A stretch of 64,000 bases of DNA from Proteromonas lacertae (taxonomy: Eukaryota): contig NGBS01000001.1 in assembly GCA_002245135.1 (NCBI GenBank), positions 124,001-188,000 of the forward strand, given 5' to 3'. Under the pieces are notes generated by a model. It saw nothing but the letters and a program-made list of their open reading frames with translations. It had not been told where the DNA came from and ran no database searches. This document shows, one piece after another, positions 36,601 through 47,826 of this stretch (within the stretch, counting starts at the first letter, position 1; every line of letters begins with the position of its first letter). Position numbers and translations under genes: made by a program.

Positions 36601-39600
36601 TAATTCATATACTTCTGTATTATAACTGAATTGATATGGATATCTTGGTCTACAATAGAACACTTCATTTTCAAACTGTGGATTTAATCTATCATAACTA
36701 CATGATATAGTTATATTACCCCATAAATTGTCTAAACAATCTCTGTATGTTTTATCACCAGCATCTGTATCATTATAGTTTTCATTGCCAGAACAATAAC
36801 TATGGGATATTCTTATCTTAAATTCATTGGATAATGTATAATTGCCAGTATATATTGCTTTTACTTGATATGAACCTTCGAATGATTTAACTTTTGGCAT
36901 TCCACTTATCTTTCCATTTGTCTTGTCAAATGACAAACCTTCAACATTCAATTCAGGTTCAATTGAATATTCATCAGCATATCCTCGATTTAATACTGGT
37001 AAATGCTCATCTGTGAATTTATAATAGAATTGACAAATCTCTTCATATTTAACATCTGTAGGCCTTGTATGAGAAACAATCAATCTAATAGGAAGTGTTA
37101 CTTCATTTGCAGAATTTCTTCCATATATGGTTATATCATATTCACCTACTACTGTAGGAGTACCAGTTAGAATACCTGTGTGACTGTCGAAAGTAAAACC
37201 AGAAACATCTGTACAAGTGATTGTACTAAACAGATTCTCTTTCACTGTTGGCGCTAATGTAAATTCTTCATTCATATAAAGATAATAATGATCTGAACTA
37301 TATTCCAAACTAATAGGTAGTAATACACATCCACTTCTATCAATTTCACCCCATTCAGGTGGATTTGTATCAAGACATTTACGTGTTTCATTACCTGAAT
37401 ATCCATATGCACATTCTTTAGACACAATTTCATTTCTCTTAGTTTCTTCATAGTTATTAATAGTATCAGCTAAACATGATGGAACTACAACAACTAATGT
37501 AAGTCCAACTCTTATTGTCCTTTCATATGTAGCAGTAATGAAGATATTATACATTCCTACTTCTGTTGTAACACCACTTATTACACCTGTTTTATCATTT
37601 ATAGTTAAACCAGTAGGTAAATGTCCTTCTGATAATTCTACTTTAGTTCCTGATTCATTACCTTGGTCTAATTCTGGTTGAATATGTGTTTCATCTCCTG
37701 AGAATACAATAAATGATGTAGAACTATATTTGAAAGTAGTTGGATAATAATGGCAATGACTAACTTCCTCTTCATATGTAGGATTCATTTCATTTGGACA
37801 ATAAACACTGTATTTTCCTGAATATGGTTCTTCACATTCTCTTTCATATGTATTTCCTGGAATACCTGGATTGCCATTGTTATATCTTGGATCAGCTGGA
37901 CAAGTTGGCTCAATCACCTTTACTACAACAGTTACATAAATTATACTACCTTCATAATTAGCAGCAACAATTATCTTCATATCATCTGAAGATGTAGTTA
38001 TTTTAGCAGTAATAACACCTGTATTTTCATCAAATGTGAACTTTCCATCATTATTATCATTTGTTATAAACTGATAAGAATCAAATACACCATCAGTTTT
38101 AGGATATTCTGATAATGTAAAACCTTTATAGAATGTTATTGTATCACTAATGCCATATGTTAAATAAGTTGGTGCTTTTCTCACATTAATTGTAATTGTT
38201 GATGGAATAATATAATCTCTGTTTCCATACTCAATATTCAATACAAATTTACCTGCAACTGAAGTCTTTCCAGATATAGCACCAGTCGTAATATCAAAAG
38301 ACAAGCCAGATGGTATTTCATTACAATTACTACAATGAATAAATTCAATAATATTTTCAGAGGATGATGGTTTTATTGAAGTTGCAACATTTACATCTAT
38401 AACGAAAACTCCATTATTCTCATAAGTCAGAACTGGTTTCAAATATTTACATTCAGATATATCTGCATCTAATAATTTGGTTGTTGTTTCATCAATAGCA
38501 ATACATTTTCTTTTCATTCCACTATCATTATTCTCAAATCCATCTCCACAAGGATATGAAAAGATTGTATTTACTGCAATAGAATTACCTTTATCATCAT
38601 TACAAACTAAATTCTTAATTTCAAATTTTACAGTAGATTTGAATATTTCATTTAATCTTGTAGCTTCAACTACTACTTCAAAAGAATAATCTGTATTTTC
38701 AGGTGTAGCACTAATAGTTCCAGTTTTTTCATCAAATGTCAGCCAGTCTGGATGTTCACCAACAATTGAATATGAAATAGCTCCAGAACCACTTAATAAT
38801 AGATAATCTGTTCTAATATCTGGAATTGGTTTTAACAGATTATCAACACCATAAACAATAGATGAATCATAATCTGGTAAATAACATGAATCAGTATTAT
38901 CCAACCACTCATGATCAGTACCACATGTTCTCTGATATGTTCCTCTATAACCATTTCTACATGGTAATGTTAATACAGTTCCTTCAATAAATGGACCATT
39001 ATATTCATCATTACAATAGTTATAACCTTTTCCTAATGGATTGCAAGTTTCTAATCCAATTTCTGATGTTATCATATAAGAATTTTTATTAGCACCACCT
39101 TCATGTTGTCCATTAATTATCTTCCATTGAAAAGAATTATAATGAGAAGTTATTGCTACTGATAATGGAAATTCAACTAATGTATATTTTTTTGAAATAT
39201 CTGATCTACTGAACGAATCACTTAATTCATATTCTCCGTTTTGATTCTTTAAATAGAATTCCCATTTGTTTGAATTCTTACCATCTTCATTACCAGTTAC
39301 ATAGTAATATTTATTAGCATAACATTCAAAATTATCAGGAAAATCACCTGTAAATGTTATTGGCTTATACTCTTTAGTTCCCCATATAATACCTTTGAAA
39401 TAATGAACAAATGAATTGTATGTTTCATCATTATTATCAACAAGTTTTTGGCAATCAGGACTTTCCCCTTGATTATTTCTAGATGAACATGTCAAAGGTG
39501 AATATGCTACACATCTTTTACATCCATAATCTTTCACTAATTCAATTGATAATTCAAATTTGGGTGTTAATATCTCAAATATCTCAGCTTTATGTATTTC

Positions 39601-41484
39601 AACAGAAATGTAATTCTCTCCGACATGTAATAATTGAATAGCTAAAACAAGATTAAACTCATAACCTACTGTATTATAATCAGTTCCAAATGTATCAGGT
39701 GTTACAATTTCAGGTAAGTTTTTCTTAAATGCAATCTCACCATTAATATACATTATAACTCCTGAAGTGTAGAATATTTTAGCAAAGATATGACTAAACT
39801 CTGCTACATTATCATATAGAATGAATATTCTTCTGTAATATGTAGTAACTTCAGTTTGTTCTGGATAATTATCATCAGTAAATTCTTCCCAATCACCAAT
39901 ACTAAATCCTGTATTCCAACTATTATCATACTGCTTTGTGTTTGAATATTGCCATTCTCCATACATTCCTAAATAAGGAGAGTATTGTTCTACTTCTGGA
40001 TTTGAACTTCCTATATATCTATAAGTTTTAGTATTAGCAAGATGTTCATATATAACAACAACTGAGGAAGTAGAACTCCAAGCATTACCATCGCTACTTG
40101 ATAAATGTAAAGTGATTTTAGGGGTATTCAAGCAAAAGATCAATTGCTTTGTTGTAAAATCTTCATCACCTTTATAAATATATAAAAGATTCCCATAAAT
40201 ATTATAAATTGACAGTTTCATTTTCCTACTTTCACTTTCACTATTCATATTTACAACTATTTTATTCTCCTTCTCATTACATTGTGTTGGTAGTGGGGCA
40301 ATTGGTGTTGGTGATGGAATAGCATCAGATACAGTAAATGAAAGATCAACAGTTGATGTACCATATGGATTTGTTACTACAACTTGAAATGCCACTGAAT
40401 TATCCAATACACCACTTATTTCACCAGTTTGTTTATTTAGTAAGAATGATGATGGTAAATTAACAGCTTCAAAATTTGTAACACCATAATGAACAAATGG
40501 AGTAGTGTATATATTATCTCCAGCATATGTTGTTATAGTTTGAGAAGAATAAAATGGTTTAGGAGGTTGATTATTGATTGTATAAAACATTCTTTTAATT
40601 GTAGTTTTCTCACCATTAAATACTAAATGTTGATTCATCATTTCATTCACAATTAATGTAAAATAACCTTCTGTTTTATCAGGTAAATCAAATGATAATG
40701 TAAGATGTGTTGTTGATGGAATATAACATTCAGCATATACATATTCTTGATTTAGATGACTTGATTTTGAGTATAATACTTGTCCATTACTCTTTTCTAT
40801 CATCACTTTTGTATTAGGTACATCTACTTTATATTTAAGATATATTGCATTAAATGGTTGTAAACAACCTATTATTCTAATTGACACTGTAACTGAAGTA
40901 GTCTCTGTTGAACTAACAACATTAATGTTAATTGATCCATCAAAACTAGCAGCTGGAGTTCCTGATATTACACCATTTTCTTCATTTAGATCTAAACCTA
41001 ATGGGAGTGGTGTATCTGGATTAACTGTGAACTTCAATCCTTCGGAATTTGATGGAGTTACTTCAGCTATTTCTATACCTATTTCTCCAAAAATACTAGG
41101 ATATGTAACTTCTACAACACTTCTAATCTCTTTTCCTCCTACTTTGTCACCTAATTTATCATTTTGACTCATAGGAGATCTTATTGATAAACTGAAAGAT
41201 ATTTCAGAGAAGAAATTATTATCTCCTTGTAATTTAAGAGTATATTCTTGTCTATATGGTGAAACATTTGATCTTCCACTGATTGTACCATTTTCGTACA
41301 ATATAATACCATTTGGCAATCGAGGAATTATAAAAGCACTTATAATATGAGTATTACAACTAGGATTCACTAGAATGTCAGAATCTTTTTCAAATGTTAA
41401 TTTAGTGTTGGGTAAACTACAAACTATACGTGACTCTAAACCATAGCAACCCACTAGTAGTAGAATAAACACTCTAAGTATCAT
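33691..41484 (-). CDS. 2597-aa intronless secreted/surface protein: putative Ig (He_PIG) repeats alternating with Cys-rich modules, a galactose-binding-like region, and a hydrophobic C-terminal tail
   Basis: Signal peptide MILRVFILLLVGCYG; repeats LPxGLxxxxxTGxISGxP; modules CPAD..Y....G......C..GY.G...R.C; Ser/Asn-rich spacer then CMSILMVIMVIMVLM*. Confidence 0.88.
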   Translation of the reverse strand: MILRVFILLLVGCYGLESRIVCSLPNTKLTFEKDSDILVNPSCNTHIISAFIIPRLPNGIILYENGTISGRSNVSPYRQEYTLKLQGDNNFFSEISFSLSIRSPMSQNDKLGDKVGGKEIRSVVEVTYPSIFGEIGIEIAEVTPSNSEGLKFTVNPDTPLPLGLDLNEENGVISGTPAASFDGSININVVSSTETTSVTVSIRIIGCLQPFNAIYLKYKVDVPNTKVMIEKSNGQVLYSKSSHLNQEYVYAECYIPSTTHLTLSFDLPDKTEGYFTLIVNEMMNQHLVFNGEKTTIKRMFYTINNQPPKPFYSSQTITTYAGDNIYTTPFVHYGVTNFEAVNLPSSFLLNKQTGEISGVLDNSVAFQVVVTNPYGTSTVDLSFTVSDAIPSPTPIAPLPTQCNEKENKIVVNMNSESESRKMKLSIYNIYGNLLYIYKGDEDFTTKQLIFCLNTPKITLHLSSSDGNAWSSTSSVVVIYEHLANTKTYRYIGSSNPEVEQYSPYLGMYGEWQYSNTKQYDNSWNTGFSIGDWEEFTDDNYPEQTEVTTYYRRIFILYDNVAEFSHIFAKIFYTSGVIMYINGEIAFKKNLPEIVTPDTFGTDYNTVGYEFNLVLAIQLLHVGENYISVEIHKAEIFEILTPKFELSIELVKDYGCKRCVAYSPLTCSSRNNQGESPDCQKLVDNNDETYNSFVHYFKGIIWGTKEYKPITFTGDFPDNFECYANKYYYVTGNEDGKNSNKWEFYLKNQNGEYELSDSFSRSDISKKYTLVEFPLSVAITSHYNSFQWKIINGQHEGGANKNSYMITSEIGLETCNPLGKGYNYCNDEYNGPFIEGTVLTLPCRNGYRGTYQRTCGTDHEWLDNTDSCYLPDYDSSIVYGVDNLLKPIPDIRTDYLLLSGSGAISYSIVGEHPDWLTFDEKTGTISATPENTDYSFEVVVEATRLNEIFKSTVKFEIKNLVCNDDKGNSIAVNTIFSYPCGDGFENNDSGMKRKCIAIDETTTKLLDADISECKYLKPVLTYENNGVFVIDVNVATSIKPSSSENIIEFIHCSNCNEIPSGLSFDITTGAISGKTSVAGKFVLNIEYGNRDYIIPSTITINVRKAPTYLTYGISDTITFYKGFTLSEYPKTDGVFDSYQFITNDNNDGKFTFDENTGVITAKITTSSDDMKIIVAANYEGSIIYVTVVVKVIEPTCPADPRYNNGNPGIPGNTYERECEEPYSGKYSVYCPNEMNPTYEEEVSHCHYYPTTFKYSSTSFIVFSGDETHIQPELDQGNESGTKVELSEGHLPTGLTINDKTGVISGVTTEVGMYNIFITATYERTIRVGLTLVVVVPSCLADTINNYEETKRNEIVSKECAYGYSGNETRKCLDTNPPEWGEIDRSGCVLLPISLEYSSDHYYLYMNEEFTLAPTVKENLFSTITCTDVSGFTFDSHTGILTGTPTVVGEYDITIYGRNSANEVTLPIRLIVSHTRPTDVKYEEICQFYYKFTDEHLPVLNRGYADEYSIEPELNVEGLSFDKTNGKISGMPKVKSFEGSYQVKAIYTGNYTLSNEFKIRISHSYCSGNENYNDTDAGDKTYRDCLDNLWGNITISCSYDRLNPQFENEVFYCRPRYPYQFSYNTEVYELRGAELINPIFPVFEGQESTRFYISKNKLPTGLSLNERTGKISGIPAEDVPEVRIVEIEARDERSMFTNISFIIIMPKCPADPENGYEETIAGKIVYKECGVGYSGIESRECGSGTNPQWGMINKGFCTYLLPNVAYGSSSFTLYQSEYVNITAIRDASAITKYDVVNLPIGLSINPESYDITGIPTIPGHFQTILTFSNERDESKTILSFTVLKERPKKMEYKDSLVFYTDAYSVYDLTLEGGSVDYFSTTPQITIPGVYISAVNGSVYGMPLKGSKGQYKFTVYGNIATERISTEITITVNEQTCPALGVGVPESPKNTTYHLTCSDGLYGYIEYKCSDSNTPSWSSPVNYCHELSPSKFEYNDTAVLVYIGRETNIKPTFVGREDFTVFTVIKGELPEGLRVEKGAIVGVVKSEEYFGKYITVIIQAEDDVIKVATLKLSITQVQCGKALYYGFDWPIANESTEVVFECPYGYSGTTKGKCIASSKDDKIAEWGNIEMNCDSEIPGIVYPASSVEFIVYYDDFYTPQLLGPVKEVKIIEGILPLGIELDPSTGELAVSAYVPSDAKTIKIAAVNGDYTSLTFSLTISIKMVYCPADNGYESVPIGFQSTKPCSGDLEGVLIRDCPIEKENPKLGDEYGECKQPKPSLIYLDSYYQVIIDYVNVSIKPYKMTGNPTSITISPEELPNGLKYDSKSGLIYGIPKEKKYQECAITVKNENGESSVKIIIESTVTSCPQDGLWPQTAINNYGYIKCSGKNQKYHIQRRCDEITPTPEPIPYGEWNHVSTSYCVSKSKVIGTSVDKTLIVLPFTFIEPVDLSNSKSYLGLVKGIQSVITTTDTIILLDSIRPIGTKSRILDGSNYIYAYIYTLKPTSVQLTISNKKSQIIESIKNNEYTDEYKSQVFAIEDIEIINPNPSGSRNEVVDNPSVSNSAVNSKTNNNSVSKSKKNESTTVCMSILMVIMVIMVLM

Positions 41485-41619
41485 AATTCAATGATGAAAC
41501 ACTTTGTGATGTGTTTCAACACTTTTGAAACGGATAGTTTTCATTTTTTATTTTTTTTAATGTTTTCTCAACTAATAGAAAGATAAATTAATAAAGTCAT
41601 GTAACTTAATATGTATAAA

Positions 41620-44603
41620 TTATATATGATTCGATTCTGGATGTTTAATACATCTTCTGACATGTCTTTCAGTCACAATATTGTCTAAAGTCTCTTTAAC
41701 ACCATCAATCTTTCTAACAACCCTAATACAAGCTTTGCTTCTTTTATTTTCATTGGTACTTGGTTCTATAACAATTCCACCACCTAGAATAAGCATTATC
41801 TTTATAGAGTTATCATCTTCAAATCTTTCAACTTGAAATGTTTGATCACTAAACACTTTCAAACAATGATGAGGTGGTTCTACAAGATAATAAACAGGAT
41901 CAAGAAATTTCTTATTCATAAAACTATCCTCTAAATATTTATAAGATAATAATCTACAATTCTCACTTAATAAGTAGCAATAATAGCCAAACTGATTCTT
42001 ATAATCACAAGTCTTAATCAACTGTGAATGAACAAAAACATAAGATATATTGACTTTCTTACTTTGAAAAGCTATATATGGTGTATCAGCATTGATAGCA
42101 GATATATTGAAAAAATTACAATAATCTTCTGCATCTGTTTTTTCAATTCCACTAAATATTGCATAAGCTATAAAAACATATAAACAATATAATATATCTA
42201 TACATTGAGCATGTTGTTGATTTGTCATATTCAATCTTGGATCTAATATCACTCCACTATCATAATCATTATTATTAAATGATGATGGTTGAACATAAGG
42301 ATATTGTTGTTGTTGCTGTGATGGTAGTGATGGTAGTTGAATTGGTGGTGGTGGTGGTGGTGGTGGTGGTTGATATGATTGGTCAATCTGTGGTATTAGT
42401 GAAGGTAGTGGTGTTGGATATGATCTATTATTATTATTATTATTATTATTATCTATAACAGTGTTATCCATTGTATTAATAGAAACAAGTGGTGGTGGTG
42501 GTGGTGGTGGTTGAATGATTGGTATTTGTGAAGGAAAAGGTTTTTTATCATTTCCTTTAATATTATTATCAGTTACTACTATATTTAATGGTTTTATCTT
42601 CTTAGGTTCTTCAGGTTTATTGAGTTTCACTGCATTCACTGATTCTCCTGGTCTACATGGTGCATATAGTGGAACTTTCCAATCAATTGTAGTATAATCA
42701 ACTGAATCATCATGTTTATCACTATTATTATTATTATTATTAAATAAAGGATCATCAATGATTGGTCGTAATTGATTCTTCTTTTCTTCTGCTGATTTTA
42801 TAAAGTCAGTAAATGCACTTTGGCTTATTATATTATCCTGATCTTGAGATTCACTCTCTGTTTCTTCCATCATTGGCAATAATTCTCCTCTATTAAATGA
42901 TAGATTATTAGCTTGTTGGTTTACTACTGGTATTTTTAGTTCAGGTGGTTTAACAGTTGGTGTGTTTGGCTTTTCTTTCTCTATCTGTTTTGGTGGAGGT
43001 GTTGGTATTGGTTTAACCACAGTTATATTTAAATTTTCTTTTTCTGTTGTTGGTGGTTTAACTGAAGGTAAATTTGGTTTTTCTATTTGTTTTGGTGGAG
43101 TAATTGGTGGTTTAACAGTGGGAATATTTGTCTTTTCTTTCTCTTTATCTAACTGTTTTGATGAACTTGCTGGTGGTGTTATATTCTTATATATTGGAGG
43201 TTTATCATTAATTCTTTTCTCTTTTGGTTTAACTGTTGGTCTATTATTCTTAATACTTTTACTATGACTGCTGTGAGTATTATATTTTCTATCATAACTT
43301 CCACTTCTGCTTCTACTATTACTATAACTCCTGCTATAACTCCTACTTGGACTTCGATTATATCGATTACGTCTTTTATAACTATTACTTCGACTTCGAC
43401 TATATCTTCTATCTCTATCTCTACTATAACTTCTTCTTCTTCTATTCTTACCATTCCTACTACTGCTACTACTGCTTCTACTACTACTTATATTTCTACG
43501 ATATCTTCTATTTCTATTTCTACTGTCACTTCTACTTCTACTTCTTTTGTTTCTTCTATTATAATCTTTATTTCTATTTTGATCATTATTAACTCTCCAA
43601 CTCTCATTATTATCACTTCGATTATCTTTAAATTTATCTTTAGTATTCCTTTTATCTGTAGTTGATTGTATATCCTTCTTCTTATTTTCTTTTTCTTTTG
43701 TTTTATCATTATTATCTACCACATCTTTACTCTTTTCCTTATTCTTTCTATTTGTATTATCTTTCTCTATCATTTTATTACCACTGATCTTTTCTTTACT
43801 ATCTGTTTTGCTTGTTTTTTCGACTATATCTTCATTCACACTTTTACTATTTTCATCACATTCCTCAATCATTTCCATACTATCCTCATTTCTATTATCT
43901 TCCTCCATTCTTTCCTTACCACTGACACTTATCATACTATTGTAATCATTATTCTCTTTTTTTATCATTTCCTCCTTCTTCTCCTCTTTCACTTTCTCTT
44001 TTTCATCAAGATGATTGATTATTTGTATTGAATCATAATCTTTATCCAAATCACATTTTACAGAAATGTCTGATATTCTTGTAACCTGTTGCAAACTTAA
44101 AATAGAGCTGTCTGCACTATTAATTGTAATTGGTGAAACATCATTCATAGGAAATAATTCATCAACATCATCTAATCCGTCTGATTCATCTACATTTATA
44201 ATATTCAAGTAATTTCCTCTTAGTTCCCCCTTATTTGAATCATTTTGAATTTCTTGAAGTTTAGAGCCTAGCTCCGAAGTTTGAATTAAATTAATTATGT
44301 CTTTCTATTGGAATACAGAATCAATTATATACAATAAGTGTTGCACTTCTAGATTCTCTTTTTGAGCATTTACATCTTAATTTCTTTTTGCATTTACTTA
44401 AACAACGTCTAAATAATATGATAAATATAAAATATCATACTCACAAACAACTTTCGAACAACATTGACATGGATAGTAAGGTTCTGTAGGAATTTCGCCA
44501 CTATAGCATGTATACAAAGTCAAATATACCATTTATCACATTTAAGTCTAGAATAGATCTGTTTTAACGTAGAAAACGAAGATCTTTCAAAAAAGCTTGT
44601 CAT
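41620..44603 (-). CDS. BARD1/BRCA1-like protein: N-terminal RING-like finger, RS-rich and Pro-rich linker, C-terminal tandem BRCT; 4 introns
   Basis: Upstream exons give LKCDKCGEIPTEPYYPCQCCSKVVCERCL..CKC and splice into ORF 44208. C-terminus AIFSGIEK..LLSYKYLEDS..FLDPVYYLV..VFSDQTF..ILGGGIV..VTERHVRRCI. Confidence 0.68.
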
Positions 44604-44715
44604 TATGCTTGTGTGAGAGAGCTATTTTTGTATTTTTTGTAGAATGAAAAATGATATCAACATCGCATTCTTAACAAAAACAGTCAGAGTAATAAAATTC
44701 ATATTATCATGCTAG

Positions 44716-46768
44716 TTATTCTTCTGCAAGAACTGTTTCATCTGTTTGGTCTTGTTGCACAGTTTCAACTATTTTTAATAATAAAATGTATTTTAAAATG
44801 ATAAATAATAGTAAAAGATTAAATATATACTTGTTTCTTCATTTGTTTGTGGTATTTCTGTTTGATTGGGTTTAACAACGTTATTTCCTTTGAATAGTAT
44901 GCTATCAATATATTGTTGTCTTTCAGGCTATATTAAATTAAATAATTGTTAATCTATACATCACTGTCATGATTGAAAGGACAGAACAACTTCCTACATC
45001 CTTGCACATTGCATGGAGTAGCTTCAGGATTTGAATGAGAAACATGATGCAAAAATTGACAAAATTTGTTTGAACATTTTGCTCCAAATCGACAAACTGT
45101 TGCTCCTGTTTAATTGTATTAATATATATCTTATACTTTGTCTAATCATTGGGTGTTTATGTTTACAATCTATTCTATAACATTTAACACCATGTGGACA
45201 ATCTTTTGGATGCTGAAATGGACATAAAGGATTATTACAATTTACTCCAAATTTACACCACTATAATATATATATACATATATCAATAAAATAATATACT
45301 GTATTAATTTTACTACCAACAGTTGGTATATTATTGTTAGTATTAATTTCATGTAGGAATGGACAGTCTTTATTAGTACAATTTGGATAGAATCTACACT
45401 TTGGTTTAGATGGTTGTTGTTGTGGTGTAATAGTTGGATTAACAGTAGTAGAATCAGTTGATGTTATTGTTGCTTCTGTTGTAGCTCCTTCTGTTGATGG
45501 TATTGGATTAGTTTCTGATAAAGTATTGTTACTGATATTATCTTTAGATTCAGCTGTTGTTACTGGATTTGTTGGTGTTGTATTTGCTTCATCATGAAGA
45601 TAAGGACAACTATTATTCGTGCAATTTGGATAGAATTTACATCTCTATAAAATAATAAATGCAATAATAGATAATATACAACTTGGTTCAATTGTTTATT
45701 CAATGGTGATGTTGATGGTTGATATTTTAATAACGATTTATCATGAATATATGGACAATCTTTATTACTACAGTTTGGATAAAATTTACATTTCTATTAA
45801 TGAAAATAAATAAAGAGAGTATATATATACTTGATAAGAAATAGAATTAGGAACAACATGTAAAAATGGACAATCCTTATTTGTACAATGAGGATAGAAT
45901 TTACATACTAAAATATAATAAATCATAATTACATATACTATCTTTTGAAGTGATTACTTGTTCTTCTTTACTTTTATTATTCTTATTCTTCTTTCTCATA
46001 TTATTATTATTATTATCTTGTTGTTGTGATGGAGTTGGTTCTATTTTCTTACCAAGTCTACTTAATATACTACTACCTCCTCCATTACTTTTAGATGTTG
46101 ATTTTACTGTTGTTTTAGTTGGTGTGTTGTTATTACTGTTCTTCTTTGATTTTGCTTTATCTAATGCTGAGATTGGTGATGATACTATTATTATATATAT
46201 ATATATAGACTAAACATACAATTCTTCTGTAATGCTTTTGATAAATTGATTATTCTGGATTTTTTATTTTGCGAATTATCATTTGAATTATCATCAGATA
46301 CTTTCCTTTTTGTTGGTTTACTCTCTTCTATTGCAACATCTGAATCATTTTTCTCATCATCACTGATAGCTTCTGCATTTTCATCACTATTTTCTCTTCA
46401 AAATTATAATATTTATTCATACATGTTGACTATTCATATATTAAATACAATATTTATACCATTAGTTTTAACATTTAAATTATTGAATAATCTACAACAA
46501 TAGCATCTATAAATCATACATCTCACAAAATGAATCTGTTTGCTCTTTCAATATTTCTTTTACATCCTCGTAATTGTCTTTAAAAATATAACCTTCCTTA
46601 TTCAATATAGCCATAAAATAATCCTAACTTTATAACTTAAAATTATACAATAACTGCATCATTTGATTCAATTCCAGATTCTTCCAATGCATTTTCGATA
46701 CACTTCTTCATAAACACCTGTTGTTCACCAGAAAATGCTGCAGATAAATAGAATTCTTTAAAAGACAT
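44716..46768 (-). CDS. Nab2/ZC3H14-like poly(A)-binding protein: N-terminal PWI-like domain + multiple CCCH fingers; ~11 introns
   Basis: Fingers CKFYPHCTNKDCPFLH, CKFYPNCSNKDCPYIH, CKFYPNCTNNSCPYLH, CRFYPNCTNKDCPFLH, CKFGVNCNNPLCPFQHP, CRFGAKCSNKFCQFLH. N-terminus ..NDAVIDYFMAILNK..EQTDSFCEILF. Confidence 0.8.
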
Positions 46769-46812
46769 TTTTCAATATTTGTAACCCCTATATTTTATTG
46801 TTAACTTGAATC

Positions 46813-47063
46813 ATGAATTCAGCTGGTATTTGATGATCGTTTATAGTTTCAATAGGTCCAATTGTTGATGGAGTAGAATATACATGCGGAGGTATGATTT
46901 TTAATCTATATATTTAGCATGTAGAGCTACTGTTACATTAAAGCCTCAAGAAGCTATTCAATGTAGAAATTGTGGTCATCGTATATTATACAAAGTCCGT
47001 ACTAATGCTCGTATATTTGTTGAGTATATTTATCAATTAGCACAACAATTAGAAGCTCGTTAA
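46813..47063 (+). CDS. RPB12: RNA polymerase I/II/III shared subunit RPABC4; 3 introns; absent from the ORF track
   Basis: Spliced MNSAGPIVDGVEYTCGACRATVTLKPQEAIQCRNCGHRILYKVRTNAPQQLEAR*. Confidence 0.93.
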
Positions 47064-47297
47064 TTAATCTTTGGTTTGATTTATTATTATTTTTTGTTCT
47101 TAATTATATTCTATGAAATATCATATGAAAATAAACATTCAGTTCAAAAATAGATGAATGAAATATTTTGTTATATATTCGTAGTTACTTCTAATTAAAA
47201 AGTTGTTATGCAAAATCTTATAGTCTAAATCGATGTACATCCTTCAAAAAGAAAATATCAGCTTGATAAAAACAAACATATTTGACAAAAAGCTTGA

Positions 47298-47739
47298 ATG
47301 AAAAAACCAAAACCACCACCACACGAAGGAGTTGGTCAAATTGCTGTCAAGTATAATATTTCTTATTAATCGAATAGAATTGATGGGAATCTTACATGGA
47401 ATAACGTTTTTTTAAAGATAAATCCTGATACTTATAGTCTATGTGTATATAAATCTGAAAAAGAAAGTAGCAAAGTAAAATCAGCGATTGGTATATTATT
47501 TGAATGATCACTAAAATCAATTAGATAAAATACAGCTTCAGACTGTTACAAAGTTACAAAGGATGGATAAACATGCATTTGAAATTATAGATAGTTTAAA
47601 TCCTAGAATTGTTCAGTTTACTAAAGTAACTGACTGTGATAATTGGTATAATTATCTAGAAGAGTATAATTTGTGTATATAAATGAATAGATATATTCAT
47701 GATTATAGTACATTCATAAATAGTTTAATTATGGATTAA
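47298..47739 (+). CDS. Small PH-domain protein; 3 introns
   Basis: Spliced MKKPKPPPHEGVGQIAVKIDGNLTWNNVFLKI..LCVYKSE..IQLQTV..HAFEII..DCDNWYNYLEEYI. Confidence 0.65.
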
Positions 47740-47826
47740 TGTGATTTGTCATTAAATTATAATTTAAAACCTTTTTTTATTGATATGTGTAATTCTCTAC
47801 AATAATACATATAAATACATAATTAT

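Noticed and set aside
33691..41484. Bacterial contamination or insertion
   Set aside because: Base composition matches the flanks, the termini are eukaryotic-style, and no mobile-element ends are visible.
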